Assembly (NCBI GenBank): GCA_016933575.1
Contig: JAFGAR010000101.1
Coordinates: 96,001-160,000 of the forward strand
Reading direction: 5' to 3'
Source: Candidatus Thorarchaeota archaeon
GTDB taxonomy: Archaea > Asgardarchaeota > Thorarchaeia > Thorarchaeales > Thorarchaeaceae
Length of the DNA: 64,000 nucleotides
Both the position numbers and the translations under genes were made by a program. Within the stretch, counting starts at the first letter, position 1, and the number at the start of each line of letters is the position of its first letter. Positions 39,997 through 50,180 of the stretch are shown here, in pieces. The notes beneath the pieces were generated by a model. That model was not told the origin of the DNA and searched no databases. It worked only from the letters and a program-made list of their open reading frames with translations.

Positions 39997-42165
39997 ATGC
40001 AGGGCAGAAACATGCGTCGCGCCTGGGTTTCAATGATTGTTGTATTCTTTCTTACTGTTCTTGTATCTGCACCATCAACTAATTCTACTATTTCGCCATC
40101 ATATTCGGATCCTAACATCCGGGGACAGATTACTTTCTCTATTGAGAGAAACTGGACTGCGAATATAGTCCTTGTGAATTATGATGATTCCATAATCGAC
40201 AAATCTGTTCTTCTATCAGGTTTGCCAACAGAGAGAGTGTATGCAACATCGATGGGCTACATCAAGTACTGGATTGAATACAATGTGTATTTTGCCAGCT
40301 CATTATTCGTTACGCAACTCACAGATGTTATTCTGGATAACTCCATGAATGGCACTGATACTGGAACCTGTGTAAATGAAACTTCCTTATTATATCAACA
40401 GGCAAATCCGGATGAACCACAGACTATCTTCTATTCTCGTGATGGACGTAAGATTGATGGATATGTAATTGAGGATTGGCTTGAAGATAATCCTGTTATC
40501 GATCCTCCAGATCTTGGATATACGCTATATCTGTTCAATTTCTCCTCTCTAGATAGCTCAGGTCATTCTCTTGAACATTGGTATGATTATCACCCAATTG
40601 ATCCTGATACTGGGCAATCTCAAAACTGGTTTAGATTAGAATGGGACAATGAACTGAATCCTGATGTTTCTCTGGACTATCCTTTCTTTGGTGGACGGTA
40701 TAATTCATTCATTGTTGACCCAAGCGCCCATCAATGGTACCTGAAATGGTGCCGAATCTGGTGGAGTTCATCTATTAGCACTGAATACAATTTCTGGACG
40801 AAGGACCTTGAAGATATTCTCTCAGAGATTGATGTAGAATCGCCAGCTGGTATTACTGCTCTGAATGTGTATCTACGTGAATGTATCTGGGATCCTATAA
40901 CACAGTTGTTTTTCCCATATCAACACCAACCTGCAAAGTATGTTGAATCTGGTCTTTTGAGGTCTCTTGTTTTCTGTATGGATGTTGATGAAGGAATCTC
41001 AATTGATAGCTTAACATGGATTACAGATGCAGAGATGCAAAAGACCCATCTTGAGGAGTTGTATCCTTTCATAACTTGGGATGTGCAGGTAGACTTCCTT
41101 GACATTGATGACCATCTTGATTGGAATAATACGTTCTGGGCTGATGCTATAGTGGAACCTAATGGTACAGTGATTGCAGATGGATACAATATGTTCTATG
41201 CAATCTATGATGATATGAGACCTTTGTATATTGATGTTGATGATGAAAATATCAATGTCTTTGGAGTGGTCTTCATAAAACAACAAATGGAGATGCATTA
41301 CTTTGGTCTGGCGTACACCGGACTTGGTGGTGGTGGTCAGACTGTCATTTGGAAATCGCATGAGCGATATTATCGTCCTGATGGTGTGACTCAAAAAGAT
41401 GGTATTTCATCAGTTCAACTTCATGAGACCATGCATGCAGTCGGATTTCATCACACTTGGCAGCATGAGCACTACGCTAGTGATTTTTGTTATAGTCCGA
41501 TGGGTTATTTTGCATTCCATAATGGGACATCAACTTTTGACAAGAACTGGGTGCAAGGAACATACCTTGATCAGATGGAAATCGAGCTCTTTGAGAACTT
41601 CACTACAGAACAGGAAAATGTTGGTCCGGATGAACGTGCCGAGACGTATCTAGCTGAGAGTAATGCAATATCCAGTTTTAACAGAGTGAGGACACTGTAT
41701 GATAAAATGGACTGGTTGGGGGCTTTTGATGCTCTCTGTGATGCTCGAGACTGGACTCGACGTATGAAGTTTTCAATGCTAGACACAACCCCTCCCATAA
41801 TCAATGACTGGAGCATCACACAAACAACATCAGGAGCTTTCAGTCTTTGGGCAGATATCGCTGATGATCTATCAGGGATTGAGAATGTAAGTATCTACTA
41901 TCAGGTAGATGGAGCTGTCCAAGAGTATTCGGCTGCATGTGTTTACAATGGGAGTCACTGGATAGGTACTATTTCATCTACATCTGCAAGTCAATCTATT
42001 ATTTCTTGGATCAAAGTCTGGGATTGGGGTATGAACTCCGCAGAGAGTGAAAGAATTAGATGGACTGTGGCTGCAGCTGCGCCTCCTTGGTATTTGTATA
42101 TCTTGCTCTTCACCGGAGTCGCTTTAGTTGCAATAGTCATTATCTTTGTTATTAGGCGTAGATAA
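39997..42165 (+). CDS. Membrane-anchored metzincin zinc metalloprotease
   Basis: Signal peptide; HETMHAVGFHH = HExxHxxGxxH (41422-41454); SPMGY Met-turn; C-terminal TM ending IRRR. Confidence 0.8.
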   Translation: MQGRNMRRAWVSMIVVFFLTVLVSAPSTNSTISPSYSDPNIRGQITFSIERNWTANIVLVNYDDSIIDKSVLLSGLPTERVYATSMGYIKYWIEYNVYFASSLFVTQLTDVILDNSMNGTDTGTCVNETSLLYQQANPDEPQTIFYSRDGRKIDGYVIEDWLEDNPVIDPPDLGYTLYLFNFSSLDSSGHSLEHWYDYHPIDPDTGQSQNWFRLEWDNELNPDVSLDYPFFGGRYNSFIVDPSAHQWYLKWCRIWWSSSISTEYNFWTKDLEDILSEIDVESPAGITALNVYLRECIWDPITQLFFPYQHQPAKYVESGLLRSLVFCMDVDEGISIDSLTWITDAEMQKTHLEELYPFITWDVQVDFLDIDDHLDWNNTFWADAIVEPNGTVIADGYNMFYAIYDDMRPLYIDVDDENINVFGVVFIKQQMEMHYFGLAYTGLGGGGQTVIWKSHERYYRPDGVTQKDGISSVQLHETMHAVGFHHTWQHEHYASDFCYSPMGYFAFHNGTSTFDKNWVQGTYLDQMEIELFENFTTEQENVGPDERAETYLAESNAISSFNRVRTLYDKMDWLGAFDALCDARDWTRRMKFSMLDTTPPIINDWSITQTTSGAFSLWADIADDLSGIENVSIYYQVDGAVQEYSAACVYNGSHWIGTISSTSASQSIISWIKVWDWGMNSAESERIRWTVAAAAPPWYLYILLFTGVALVAIVIIFVIRRR

Positions 42166-42220
42166 AAGTAAGACATAAGGATAGCACGAGTTCGCAAAAA
42201 CGACATTCATATTACTGACG

Positions 42221-42258
42221 ATTTTTCGAGAGAGATTCAATTTTTCGAAAGGGATTCA
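42221..42258. repeat. Tandem 19-bp direct repeat upstream of the giant-protein genes
   Basis: ATTTTTCGAGAGAGATTCA / ATTTTTCGAAAGGGATTCA (2 mismatches). Confidence 0.7.
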
Positions 42259-42350
42259 ATCAGCATCTATTCATATAGTAGAAGGCACAACACTCCACTG
42301 TCAATAGCATAGGTGTAACTATAGCTATGACCATGTAGGAGACCATCCAA

Positions 42351-45300
42351 ATGAGAATAACGAGACTGATGGGTTTGCTTCTTATACTCCTCCCTCTACT
42401 TCTAGGTGTCTTCATCACCCCGCCTGTTTGGAGGGCTGGAACACAAGATTCTGCGGAAAGCAAGACCGTCGAACTCTCAAATGGAGAGAAGATTCAGATC
42501 GCTCCAGATGAGTATATCGAAGAGTATCATCTTTCTGATGCTCCCACACAGATGTCAGGAACTGGAGACTCACTCAGAGCCAATGAGTCTGGAGTTCGTG
42601 TAGACACTTTCACAGATGAACCACTTTACTATAATTCAGCAGGTTCTACAACCACTACAGCTAATCTATCTGTACCGATTGGAGAAGGCTGGGAGTCGTA
42701 TGCTGTCTACACTGATGTGACGAGCATTACAGAAAACAGAACATGGGTTCAAAACTCTGGTCTTGATGACTCATCAAGTTGGACATTTCTATCTCATGAT
42801 GAACCTTCAGTCTTTGGTCCGTCTTATACAAACGCTATGACCTCTCAATGGGAAAATAATGGTCATGGCGCTGGAGATGGTTGCGCATATTTCTACATGG
42901 ATGGTTATTACTATGATTTAGGTGGAGGTCTTAGAGGTGACTGGTATGATGTTGGTGATAAAGCCTACATGGTTCAGGATCTTACAATTGATCGTGGTGA
43001 TGTTTCTAAGATAGGAATCTCATTGGACTACTGGGGTGATGTTGCTTGGGGTATCATGACAGGTTTCTTCGAGTTGTTCGTTTCCATCGGAGATCCTGAT
43101 AATGGCGGAACATATCTTTGGAACATGCCTTTTGATGCTTTCACAGATGATCTCACATGGTACTCAACTGGCTACATTGAAATCGATATCTCTTCTGTAA
43201 CACTGCCCAATATCCCACTCTGGGTAGGTCTACGAACGACAGCTTTTGAGTGGTGGCGTCCTGACATCAATCCTGTTGGCCGAATGGACAATATTGTGGT
43301 GTATGTCACAGCTAAAGCTGCTCCATCAGATATCAATTTGCAGATGAATGGAGTAGATGTATCAGATGTCATTCAGGGTTCAAATCCAATTTTTGGTCTT
43401 GGCACAGCTTGGTACGTCCCAGTTGTTCCCTGGACTGAAGGTGCTGCCTATGCTAACTTTTCTTGGACTCCTATTCCTAATCCTCCTGATCCTGACTTCA
43501 ATATCAATATCGCACTAGATGTGGATGTGTATGTGTTTGCACGAAAAGTAAACAGCTTGACTGTAAATGACACAGAACTAATTACATTAGGTGACAACTT
43601 TGTGGTCTCAAATGCGACTTCTGTTAGCTGGGAAACAAATTACTATCTCACAATACCTGGTGGATATGAAGACCAATTCTTCTTCAATTTATCAATCCCG
43701 CTGAATCGGGATATCACATTTGTTTCTGAACCTGCTCATCGATATACAAACCTTACAAGTGATTGGTATTTTGGAAATCCTGGTGATGGGGTTGTTAACA
43801 TTTCAGTATATGATATGGGACTTTCTGACCCTAACGGTTTCTGGATGATTCGTGGAACTTCACCAAATATGGTTACAAACTTGCAAGTCTGGGATGACAC
43901 TCTAAGTCAGTGGGTCCAAACAAAGACTTTCAGAGCAAACGAAGACACGCGATTTAGAGCAGTCCTACCATCATTCTATGAAGATGATGTAGTGACATTT
44001 ACCATTTATGATTCAAATGGTAACATTTGGGATACAGTAACAGGTACAGTTGATTCATCAGGTTTCGCAGTATCCACCTATGTAAATTTGGATGCTGTCA
44101 CCGCTGAGGTTGGATCTTGGGAAGTTCAAGCATATGTGGGAGATAGCATCTCCAGTCCAGATGTCCATAACATTGGATTTTATCGAAGATCTTTCAGCAT
44201 AGTCCATAGTACACAATTGAGTATCAAGTATCCTATTGCAAGCCGTATAACATGGAGTATCAATGTGACATATGGTTCAATAGTCTTCCTTCAATTACGC
44301 GTGAATGATACTGATAATGGAGACCTCCTAGCTGGTGGAATGCTGACTTACACTGGGGGTCTTGGCAGCGGCACTGCAAATGATCTGGGTACAGGTGAAT
44401 ACAGTATCACATTGAGCACAACTCTACACACAAATGGCGCTTATAGTATGAATCTTGCTTGGTCAAAAGGCTACTATGATTCTCTCATCGATACCTTTAC
44501 TGTAAATATCATTTATGAAACAGAATTCCTCTCTCCTGATGCCCCTGGAATTGATGTAGCTAGTGGGAACGATGCAGTCCTTCATGTTCATTTTGAAGAC
44601 ATGCTAAATCAACCAATTGATGGGGCTTCAATTGTATGTAACTGGTCACAGAGTTATGCAATAACACCTGAAGGCTCTGGAGATTATGTACTTAGTCTAG
44701 ACACTTCTGGAATGACTCTCGATCTCTATCCGGTTCTCATAACTATATCAAAGGACTATTATCAGACTCGATCAATTATTCTTAGAGTTGAAGTAAGAGA
44801 ATTGCGTGCTTCTGCGATACCATCTTCGAGCTTACTCTCACTTCCAGTTGGCTATACTACTTCATTCACGATAACATATACCGATACAGATCTTCAAGCT
44901 CCAATAACTGGTGCTGCAGGAATTATCAAGTGCAATTGGTCTGATATTCATTCGTCTGGAGATCAAAATTATACAGTGACCGAAACTACACCTGGAATCT
45001 ATGAGGTTGTTATCTTCTCGATGGATGACGATGTTCTTGATTCTTACGATGTATTGTTCACAGTTGAGCGCTATGGCGCACAGAATCAATCGTTTGTTGT
45101 GACTGTTGAGTTACGAACCCATTTGACTTCTCTATACCTAGAGAATTCAGTGGAACCTACTGCATATACCGGAAATATCACTGTCAATCTCGTCTATTAT
45201 GATGTAGATGCTGATACGGGAATTGTTAATGGTACGACAAGTGGTGGTTATGTTGAGTTAATTATAACGAGTCCTACCCTTGTTTCTCCGACCTTCTATG

Positions 45301-48300
45301 TGTATTCAATATCGCCGGAAGGACTCTATGTAATCCATATTCCAGCCAATCAATGGGGAAATATTGGAACTAAGACTCTTAACATTGAAGTCAACTGGAT
45401 AGGAGTGAACCTGAAATATTCCAATCTAACTCTCTCAACCCCTGCCACGATTACCGATGCTCCAACGGATATCTTCATTGGAGAGAGCCCTGTCGTAACA
45501 GCTTTTGGTGAGAATATCACATTCACAATAATATACTATGACATTAGTGCACTTACAGGCGTTGTTAATGGAACAGGTCCGTTCTCAGGAAATGTTCACA
45601 TCTATATTGATGTCTTAACAGCTGGGGAAACAATTACACAAGCTGATATGACTATCACTGAAATTGATTTTGTAACAAATCCCGGTGAATATAGAATTAC
45701 ATTCAATTCCACACTGCTTAGTGGACTAGGTACAGTACAACTAAGACTCTGGTTCAATTGGACTGATGCGGCACTACCTTACTATCAGAATCAAGTGATA
45801 GTGATTGCTGTCATCACTTCACATCGCTTAACAACTGTTGATCGGAATCCACTCCCTCTGACCCCATTTGATGAAATGGTAAATCTCACATTCACATATC
45901 GTGATTCGCTCAGTGGTTTAGCGATTCTAAACAGTTCTCAACTCTCGGTCAGTGTACCAGGTTACCCGTCTTTCAACATCTACTATCTTGGTGATATCTC
46001 AGGTATCTTTGTTGTAGAAATTAATACCTCTGTATTTATTGTCGGTAGCCATTCATTCTACCTAGACATTGTCTGGGTCGGTGCCCCTTATTATCAAAAC
46101 AGGACAAATGTGCAGATTTTCATTACAGTGAGAGAGCGCTACACTGATTTGACCCATGGTACCTATTCGCCTATCCAAATTGGCAATACACTCAATTTGA
46201 ACTTCACTTACCGCGACCTAGATGATTACACATCTATCGGAATGGATGGCGCAACTCTTTCCTTGGATGGATGGTTAACTGGTAGTTATTCTGTTGAAAA
46301 TATTGGAAATGGCATATACACCCTACATCTTGACACGACCGCATTCAGTAATACAGGAACATTCTTAGTAAATGTCACAATTATCTACGGTGGATCACGT
46401 AATTGCGCTGATGCATCAGATGTATTCTATCTAACACTTACTGTCCGACGTACACAGCTCACAAGTGACCTACCTGAATTGGCTCCCTTCCTAACAAATG
46501 CTACTATCGTGGTTTATTATACTGATGATACGACTGATGCTGGAATTTCCGGTGCCGCTGCGAATGCATCTTGTTCAGCAGCCATTGATCCACTGCAATA
46601 TGGTGTAAATTATTGGGTCATAGATAATATGGATGGTAGCTATACTATTATTATTGATACTGCAGCGTTAGGCAATTTTGGACCCTATACAATCGCAATA
46701 ACAGTGACATGGAACTCCGGTTGGCCTTTCTATCAACAGCGTGTTCGCAATGTTAACATCGAAGTTTCTCGCCGACCAGTTTCACTTACCGTTTCAAAGT
46801 CTCCATTGAATACTCCATTCCTATCTAATGCTACCTTTGAAATCACTGTGACAGATCAACTAGATAGTTTTGGAATCACCTTGGTAAAGAATAATCTAAT
46901 TCTTACTCATGGTATCGGAGGTACACTCATCACAAATAATCAATACTCCATAATAGGATCCAATGGTGTCTATACGATTTCTATCAATTCTCAGATACTC
47001 ACTAGCATTCTAGAAAATGAACATCCTATATTCATTCTATTTGTTTGGGGTGATGCAATCCCATATTATTCGAATGCATCTTCTACCACTGAAGTATCTA
47101 TAATTACAAGATACACTCAAGCTGTTGTTTTGCAGACTCCACCAGGTTATTACTACTTCAACATGAGTGCTCTATTGCGATATAATGACTACTTGACGGG
47201 TACAGGAATTATAGATGCAACTGTCACAATATCATGCTTGAACACAACTAGTTTCGATTATTGGTTCATAGATAATAGTGATGGAACTTATACTGTTCTT
47301 ATCGATACAAACACTCTATCTGGATTGGGGCGTTACTATTTCCGTGCTAATTTTACATATTTTGGAACTCCATACTATAGGAATGTCACTAATGTTCAAT
47401 TCAATCTTGTAGTTAATCCAGTTTCTACAACTCTAAGCTTTACATTACCTCAAGGAGTTACCTATTACCTTGGAGATATGGTCTATGCCAACATCTCTTA
47501 CTTCTCTATTGAGTTTGGAACTGGGATTGAAAGCGCAACAATCAGTACTGATTGGGACACACTCTATGGTACTAGTAGCACCATCAGCGTTCTAGCGCCT
47601 GGAATTTATCAAATAGCTATAAACACATCTGGTTTGAATGCTCAGCAGTACCAGTTCACTGTGAATGCAAGTAAGTACCTTCACCTAAGCAAATCCATTC
47701 AAGCAGAAATCCTAATAGCTGCAATTCCAGTCGAGATTGAACTTGTGTTTACACCTCAGAATCCAATGTGGGGTGATTCAGTTCAGTTCCAAGCTAATAT
47801 CACAGATGCAAGAACGGGTTTCCCAGTAATTGGAGCTTATGTTAATTTCACTCTGGAATTTACGACATTAGTCATGTCTTCTGTTGCGGATGGTCTTTAC
47901 AATTGTACATTAGATACATCAACATTGACATCTGGTGAATTCAATATCAGAATACAATCCACCTTACTCAACTACGAGACAAGACAGAAGGATTTCCAGA
48001 TACGGATTGAGAAAGTAGCGTCTAAGATTCTTGCTTCGATTGACCCTCAATCTGCGGTCGATGGTCAGATTGTAACTCTCGAGGTTGATTATCTAATATA
48101 TTCCTCAAGTCTGTCTATTTCCACAGGTACTGTGACCTTCTCCTGGATTGGAGGTTCTGGTTCAATAAGTTGGTCCATTATCGATGGCAAATATGTTGGC
48201 ACTTTTATCGTTACTGGAGCAGATGTTGGTAGCTACCAGATTCTTGTGCAAGCCTCATCTCCAAACTATAAGAGTGTGAGCTATCTTGTGACTATAGAGA

Positions 48301-50180
48301 TTACCGAGATTCAGACGGAGCTTGTTCCTATTTCTGAATCTATTGTTTCAGTGAACTACAGGGACATTGCAATAATTACTGTGTACCTCAATAACACTGA
48401 TCTTAATCAACCAGTGACTGGAGCGTCCATGAGTTTCGGAGTTGGAACAATTGTTGGTGATCTAATTGAGTTACCAACTCCTGGTTACTATAATGCCTTG
48501 GTAAATACAAGTGAATTAAGTGTGCAAGAATGGACTGTGTCAATATCCAGTGACAAACTCGGATATACTCCAGCTTCAATACAATTCACACTTGATGTAC
48601 AAGAGATTGAAACTGAGATTGTCATATTGACCTCCGGAACAGTATCCGGGTATTATGGACAAATCGTCACTTTCTACTTCCTCTTCAACGATACTCATGC
48701 CAATCTCTCTATCCCTGGAGCAATCACTAACTATACTCTTGAAACTCTGAGGGGATCTCTTGTTGATCATGGCAATGGAACATATAGTCTGACTCTAAAT
48801 ACAACAGTTGTGGTTGCAGGTACTGTGCCTCATGACATCACAGTTTCTTTCAGAAAAGACAACTATGAATATTCATCTGGTCTTGTAAAATTGCTTGTCC
48901 TTCCAATTCCAACATCTATCATAGGTCCTGTTGAAGCAACATTTCCAGTGTATGATAACTATTCAATGCTATTCAGCTTCAGAGATACTTTGAATGATGA
49001 GTGGATTACTGACGGAACTGCAACTGTAGTATGGGAATTTGGTACTGCATTATTGACAAATCTCAATAATGGATCTTATATGTTCGGGCCAGCTGAGGCT
49101 AATTTAACCAATTCTCTCCAAGATCGTTTGAATCCATATAGAGTCAGAATATCAATCTCAAGGACTAATTATTCTAGAACAGACATTGAAGTCTTTCTTA
49201 CGATACGCGAAATCAGCACCCAAGTTATTCATATAGATCCTATAACACCAATCTATGTAGGAAGTCTATTTTACGTAAATGTAACATTCTACGATACTGA
49301 TCATAATCTTGTGATATTGAATCCAGTCATCACTTTTACTTCAGACAGTGCAATCGATGATGGTCTCGCCAGAGAAACCAGCCTCGATATTGATTGGGGC
49401 AATGGAACCTATTCTATAGCGTTCAGGGCTCCAAATCTTGCATTCTACACACTGGAAATAGCTTTCACCAAGACTGACTATGTACTCGGTTCTATTAGCC
49501 TTGACATTTATGCTAAACTGAGTCCTGAACAAGAGGCTTTGGTCAGTACTTTCCAATATAGTACAATTGGAATTCTGGCAATTGCTGCTCTGGCTGCACT
49601 CTATTTCAGAGTACTATCAGTGCCAAGGCTCCTTAGAATCTTACGTCGAATGGTTTCAAGCTTAGGCAGAGGTGTAATACCAAAACCAGCCAATGTTCCT
49701 ATTAGACGTCAAATGATTCTATCAATGATGAATGAGGACCTTGCATCAATTTCTCTTGTGAAAACTATGGACGACATCTCCATATCTACGGTTGATGTTG
49801 CGGCGATGGATGTTGAGAGTCTATTAGATGAACTAGCTTTTGTAGTTGGTCTTACTGAGAGTGACGTAGATACACTCAGAAGAGACCTGGATCAGATGCG
49901 CCCCAGTGAGCGGGCTGGGTTCATCAATGAAGTTCTGAAGCAAGAGAGGGCTCGTCGAGCCAAAGAACTGGCTGAAGCTGATCTTGCGACCAAAGAGGGC
50001 GTTCCAAGCGAAGCCGTTGAAGAGCGGTTAAGCGAAGATGAACTACTGCATCTAAAGGAGCGTTTGATGAAGATGGGTATCGAGGAAACTGAAGCTGACC
50101 TGATGGTTGAGCAAGCTAAGAATTTGACAAAAGCAGAGATAGATGCTCTGCTTGATGAGATAGGAGGGATGGAAGAATGA
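42351..50180 (+). CDS. Giant (2609 aa) Ig-like repeat type-I membrane glycoprotein A
   Basis: Signal peptide; many ~100-aa repeats (Y.D.D...GA, DN.DG.Y...IDT); many N-x-S/T sequons; TM near 49560-49610; ~190-aa charged tail. Confidence 0.85.
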   Translation: MRITRLMGLLLILLPLLLGVFITPPVWRAGTQDSAESKTVELSNGEKIQIAPDEYIEEYHLSDAPTQMSGTGDSLRANESGVRVDTFTDEPLYYNSAGSTTTTANLSVPIGEGWESYAVYTDVTSITENRTWVQNSGLDDSSSWTFLSHDEPSVFGPSYTNAMTSQWENNGHGAGDGCAYFYMDGYYYDLGGGLRGDWYDVGDKAYMVQDLTIDRGDVSKIGISLDYWGDVAWGIMTGFFELFVSIGDPDNGGTYLWNMPFDAFTDDLTWYSTGYIEIDISSVTLPNIPLWVGLRTTAFEWWRPDINPVGRMDNIVVYVTAKAAPSDINLQMNGVDVSDVIQGSNPIFGLGTAWYVPVVPWTEGAAYANFSWTPIPNPPDPDFNINIALDVDVYVFARKVNSLTVNDTELITLGDNFVVSNATSVSWETNYYLTIPGGYEDQFFFNLSIPLNRDITFVSEPAHRYTNLTSDWYFGNPGDGVVNISVYDMGLSDPNGFWMIRGTSPNMVTNLQVWDDTLSQWVQTKTFRANEDTRFRAVLPSFYEDDVVTFTIYDSNGNIWDTVTGTVDSSGFAVSTYVNLDAVTAEVGSWEVQAYVGDSISSPDVHNIGFYRRSFSIVHSTQLSIKYPIASRITWSINVTYGSIVFLQLRVNDTDNGDLLAGGMLTYTGGLGSGTANDLGTGEYSITLSTTLHTNGAYSMNLAWSKGYYDSLIDTFTVNIIYETEFLSPDAPGIDVASGNDAVLHVHFEDMLNQPIDGASIVCNWSQSYAITPEGSGDYVLSLDTSGMTLDLYPVLITISKDYYQTRSIILRVEVRELRASAIPSSSLLSLPVGYTTSFTITYTDTDLQAPITGAAGIIKCNWSDIHSSGDQNYTVTETTPGIYEVVIFSMDDDVLDSYDVLFTVERYGAQNQSFVVTVELRTHLTSLYLENSVEPTAYTGNITVNLVYYDVDADTGIVNGTTSGGYVELIITSPTLVSPTFYVYSISPEGLYVIHIPANQWGNIGTKTLNIEVNWIGVNLKYSNLTLSTPATITDAPTDIFIGESPVVTAFGENITFTIIYYDISALTGVVNGTGPFSGNVHIYIDVLTAGETITQADMTITEIDFVTNPGEYRITFNSTLLSGLGTVQLRLWFNWTDAALPYYQNQVIVIAVITSHRLTTVDRNPLPLTPFDEMVNLTFTYRDSLSGLAILNSSQLSVSVPGYPSFNIYYLGDISGIFVVEINTSVFIVGSHSFYLDIVWVGAPYYQNRTNVQIFITVRERYTDLTHGTYSPIQIGNTLNLNFTYRDLDDYTSIGMDGATLSLDGWLTGSYSVENIGNGIYTLHLDTTAFSNTGTFLVNVTIIYGGSRNCADASDVFYLTLTVRRTQLTSDLPELAPFLTNATIVVYYTDDTTDAGISGAAANASCSAAIDPLQYGVNYWVIDNMDGSYTIIIDTAALGNFGPYTIAITVTWNSGWPFYQQRVRNVNIEVSRRPVSLTVSKSPLNTPFLSNATFEITVTDQLDSFGITLVKNNLILTHGIGGTLITNNQYSIIGSNGVYTISINSQILTSILENEHPIFILFVWGDAIPYYSNASSTTEVSIITRYTQAVVLQTPPGYYYFNMSALLRYNDYLTGTGIIDATVTISCLNTTSFDYWFIDNSDGTYTVLIDTNTLSGLGRYYFRANFTYFGTPYYRNVTNVQFNLVVNPVSTTLSFTLPQGVTYYLGDMVYANISYFSIEFGTGIESATISTDWDTLYGTSSTISVLAPGIYQIAINTSGLNAQQYQFTVNASKYLHLSKSIQAEILIAAIPVEIELVFTPQNPMWGDSVQFQANITDARTGFPVIGAYVNFTLEFTTLVMSSVADGLYNCTLDTSTLTSGEFNIRIQSTLLNYETRQKDFQIRIEKVASKILASIDPQSAVDGQIVTLEVDYLIYSSSLSISTGTVTFSWIGGSGSISWSIIDGKYVGTFIVTGADVGSYQILVQASSPNYKSVSYLVTIEITEIQTELVPISESIVSVNYRDIAIITVYLNNTDLNQPVTGASMSFGVGTIVGDLIELPTPGYYNALVNTSELSVQEWTVSISSDKLGYTPASIQFTLDVQEIETEIVILTSGTVSGYYGQIVTFYFLFNDTHANLSIPGAITNYTLETLRGSLVDHGNGTYSLTLNTTVVVAGTVPHDITVSFRKDNYEYSSGLVKLLVLPIPTSIIGPVEATFPVYDNYSMLFSFRDTLNDEWITDGTATVVWEFGTALLTNLNNGSYMFGPAEANLTNSLQDRLNPYRVRISISRTNYSRTDIEVFLTIREISTQVIHIDPITPIYVGSLFYVNVTFYDTDHNLVILNPVITFTSDSAIDDGLARETSLDIDWGNGTYSIAFRAPNLAFYTLEIAFTKTDYVLGSISLDIYAKLSPEQEALVSTFQYSTIGILAIAALAALYFRVLSVPRLLRILRRMVSSLGRGVIPKPANVPIRRQMILSMMNEDLASISLVKTMDDISISTVDVAAMDVESLLDELAFVVGLTESDVDTLRRDLDQMRPSERAGFINEVLKQERARRAKELAEADLATKEGVPSEAVEERLSEDELLHLKERLMKMGIEETEADLMVEQAKNLTKAEIDALLDEIGGMEE

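Noticed and set aside
42221-42258. CRISPR-like repeat
   Set aside because: Only two directly abutting 19-bp units, with no spacers and no cas genes.
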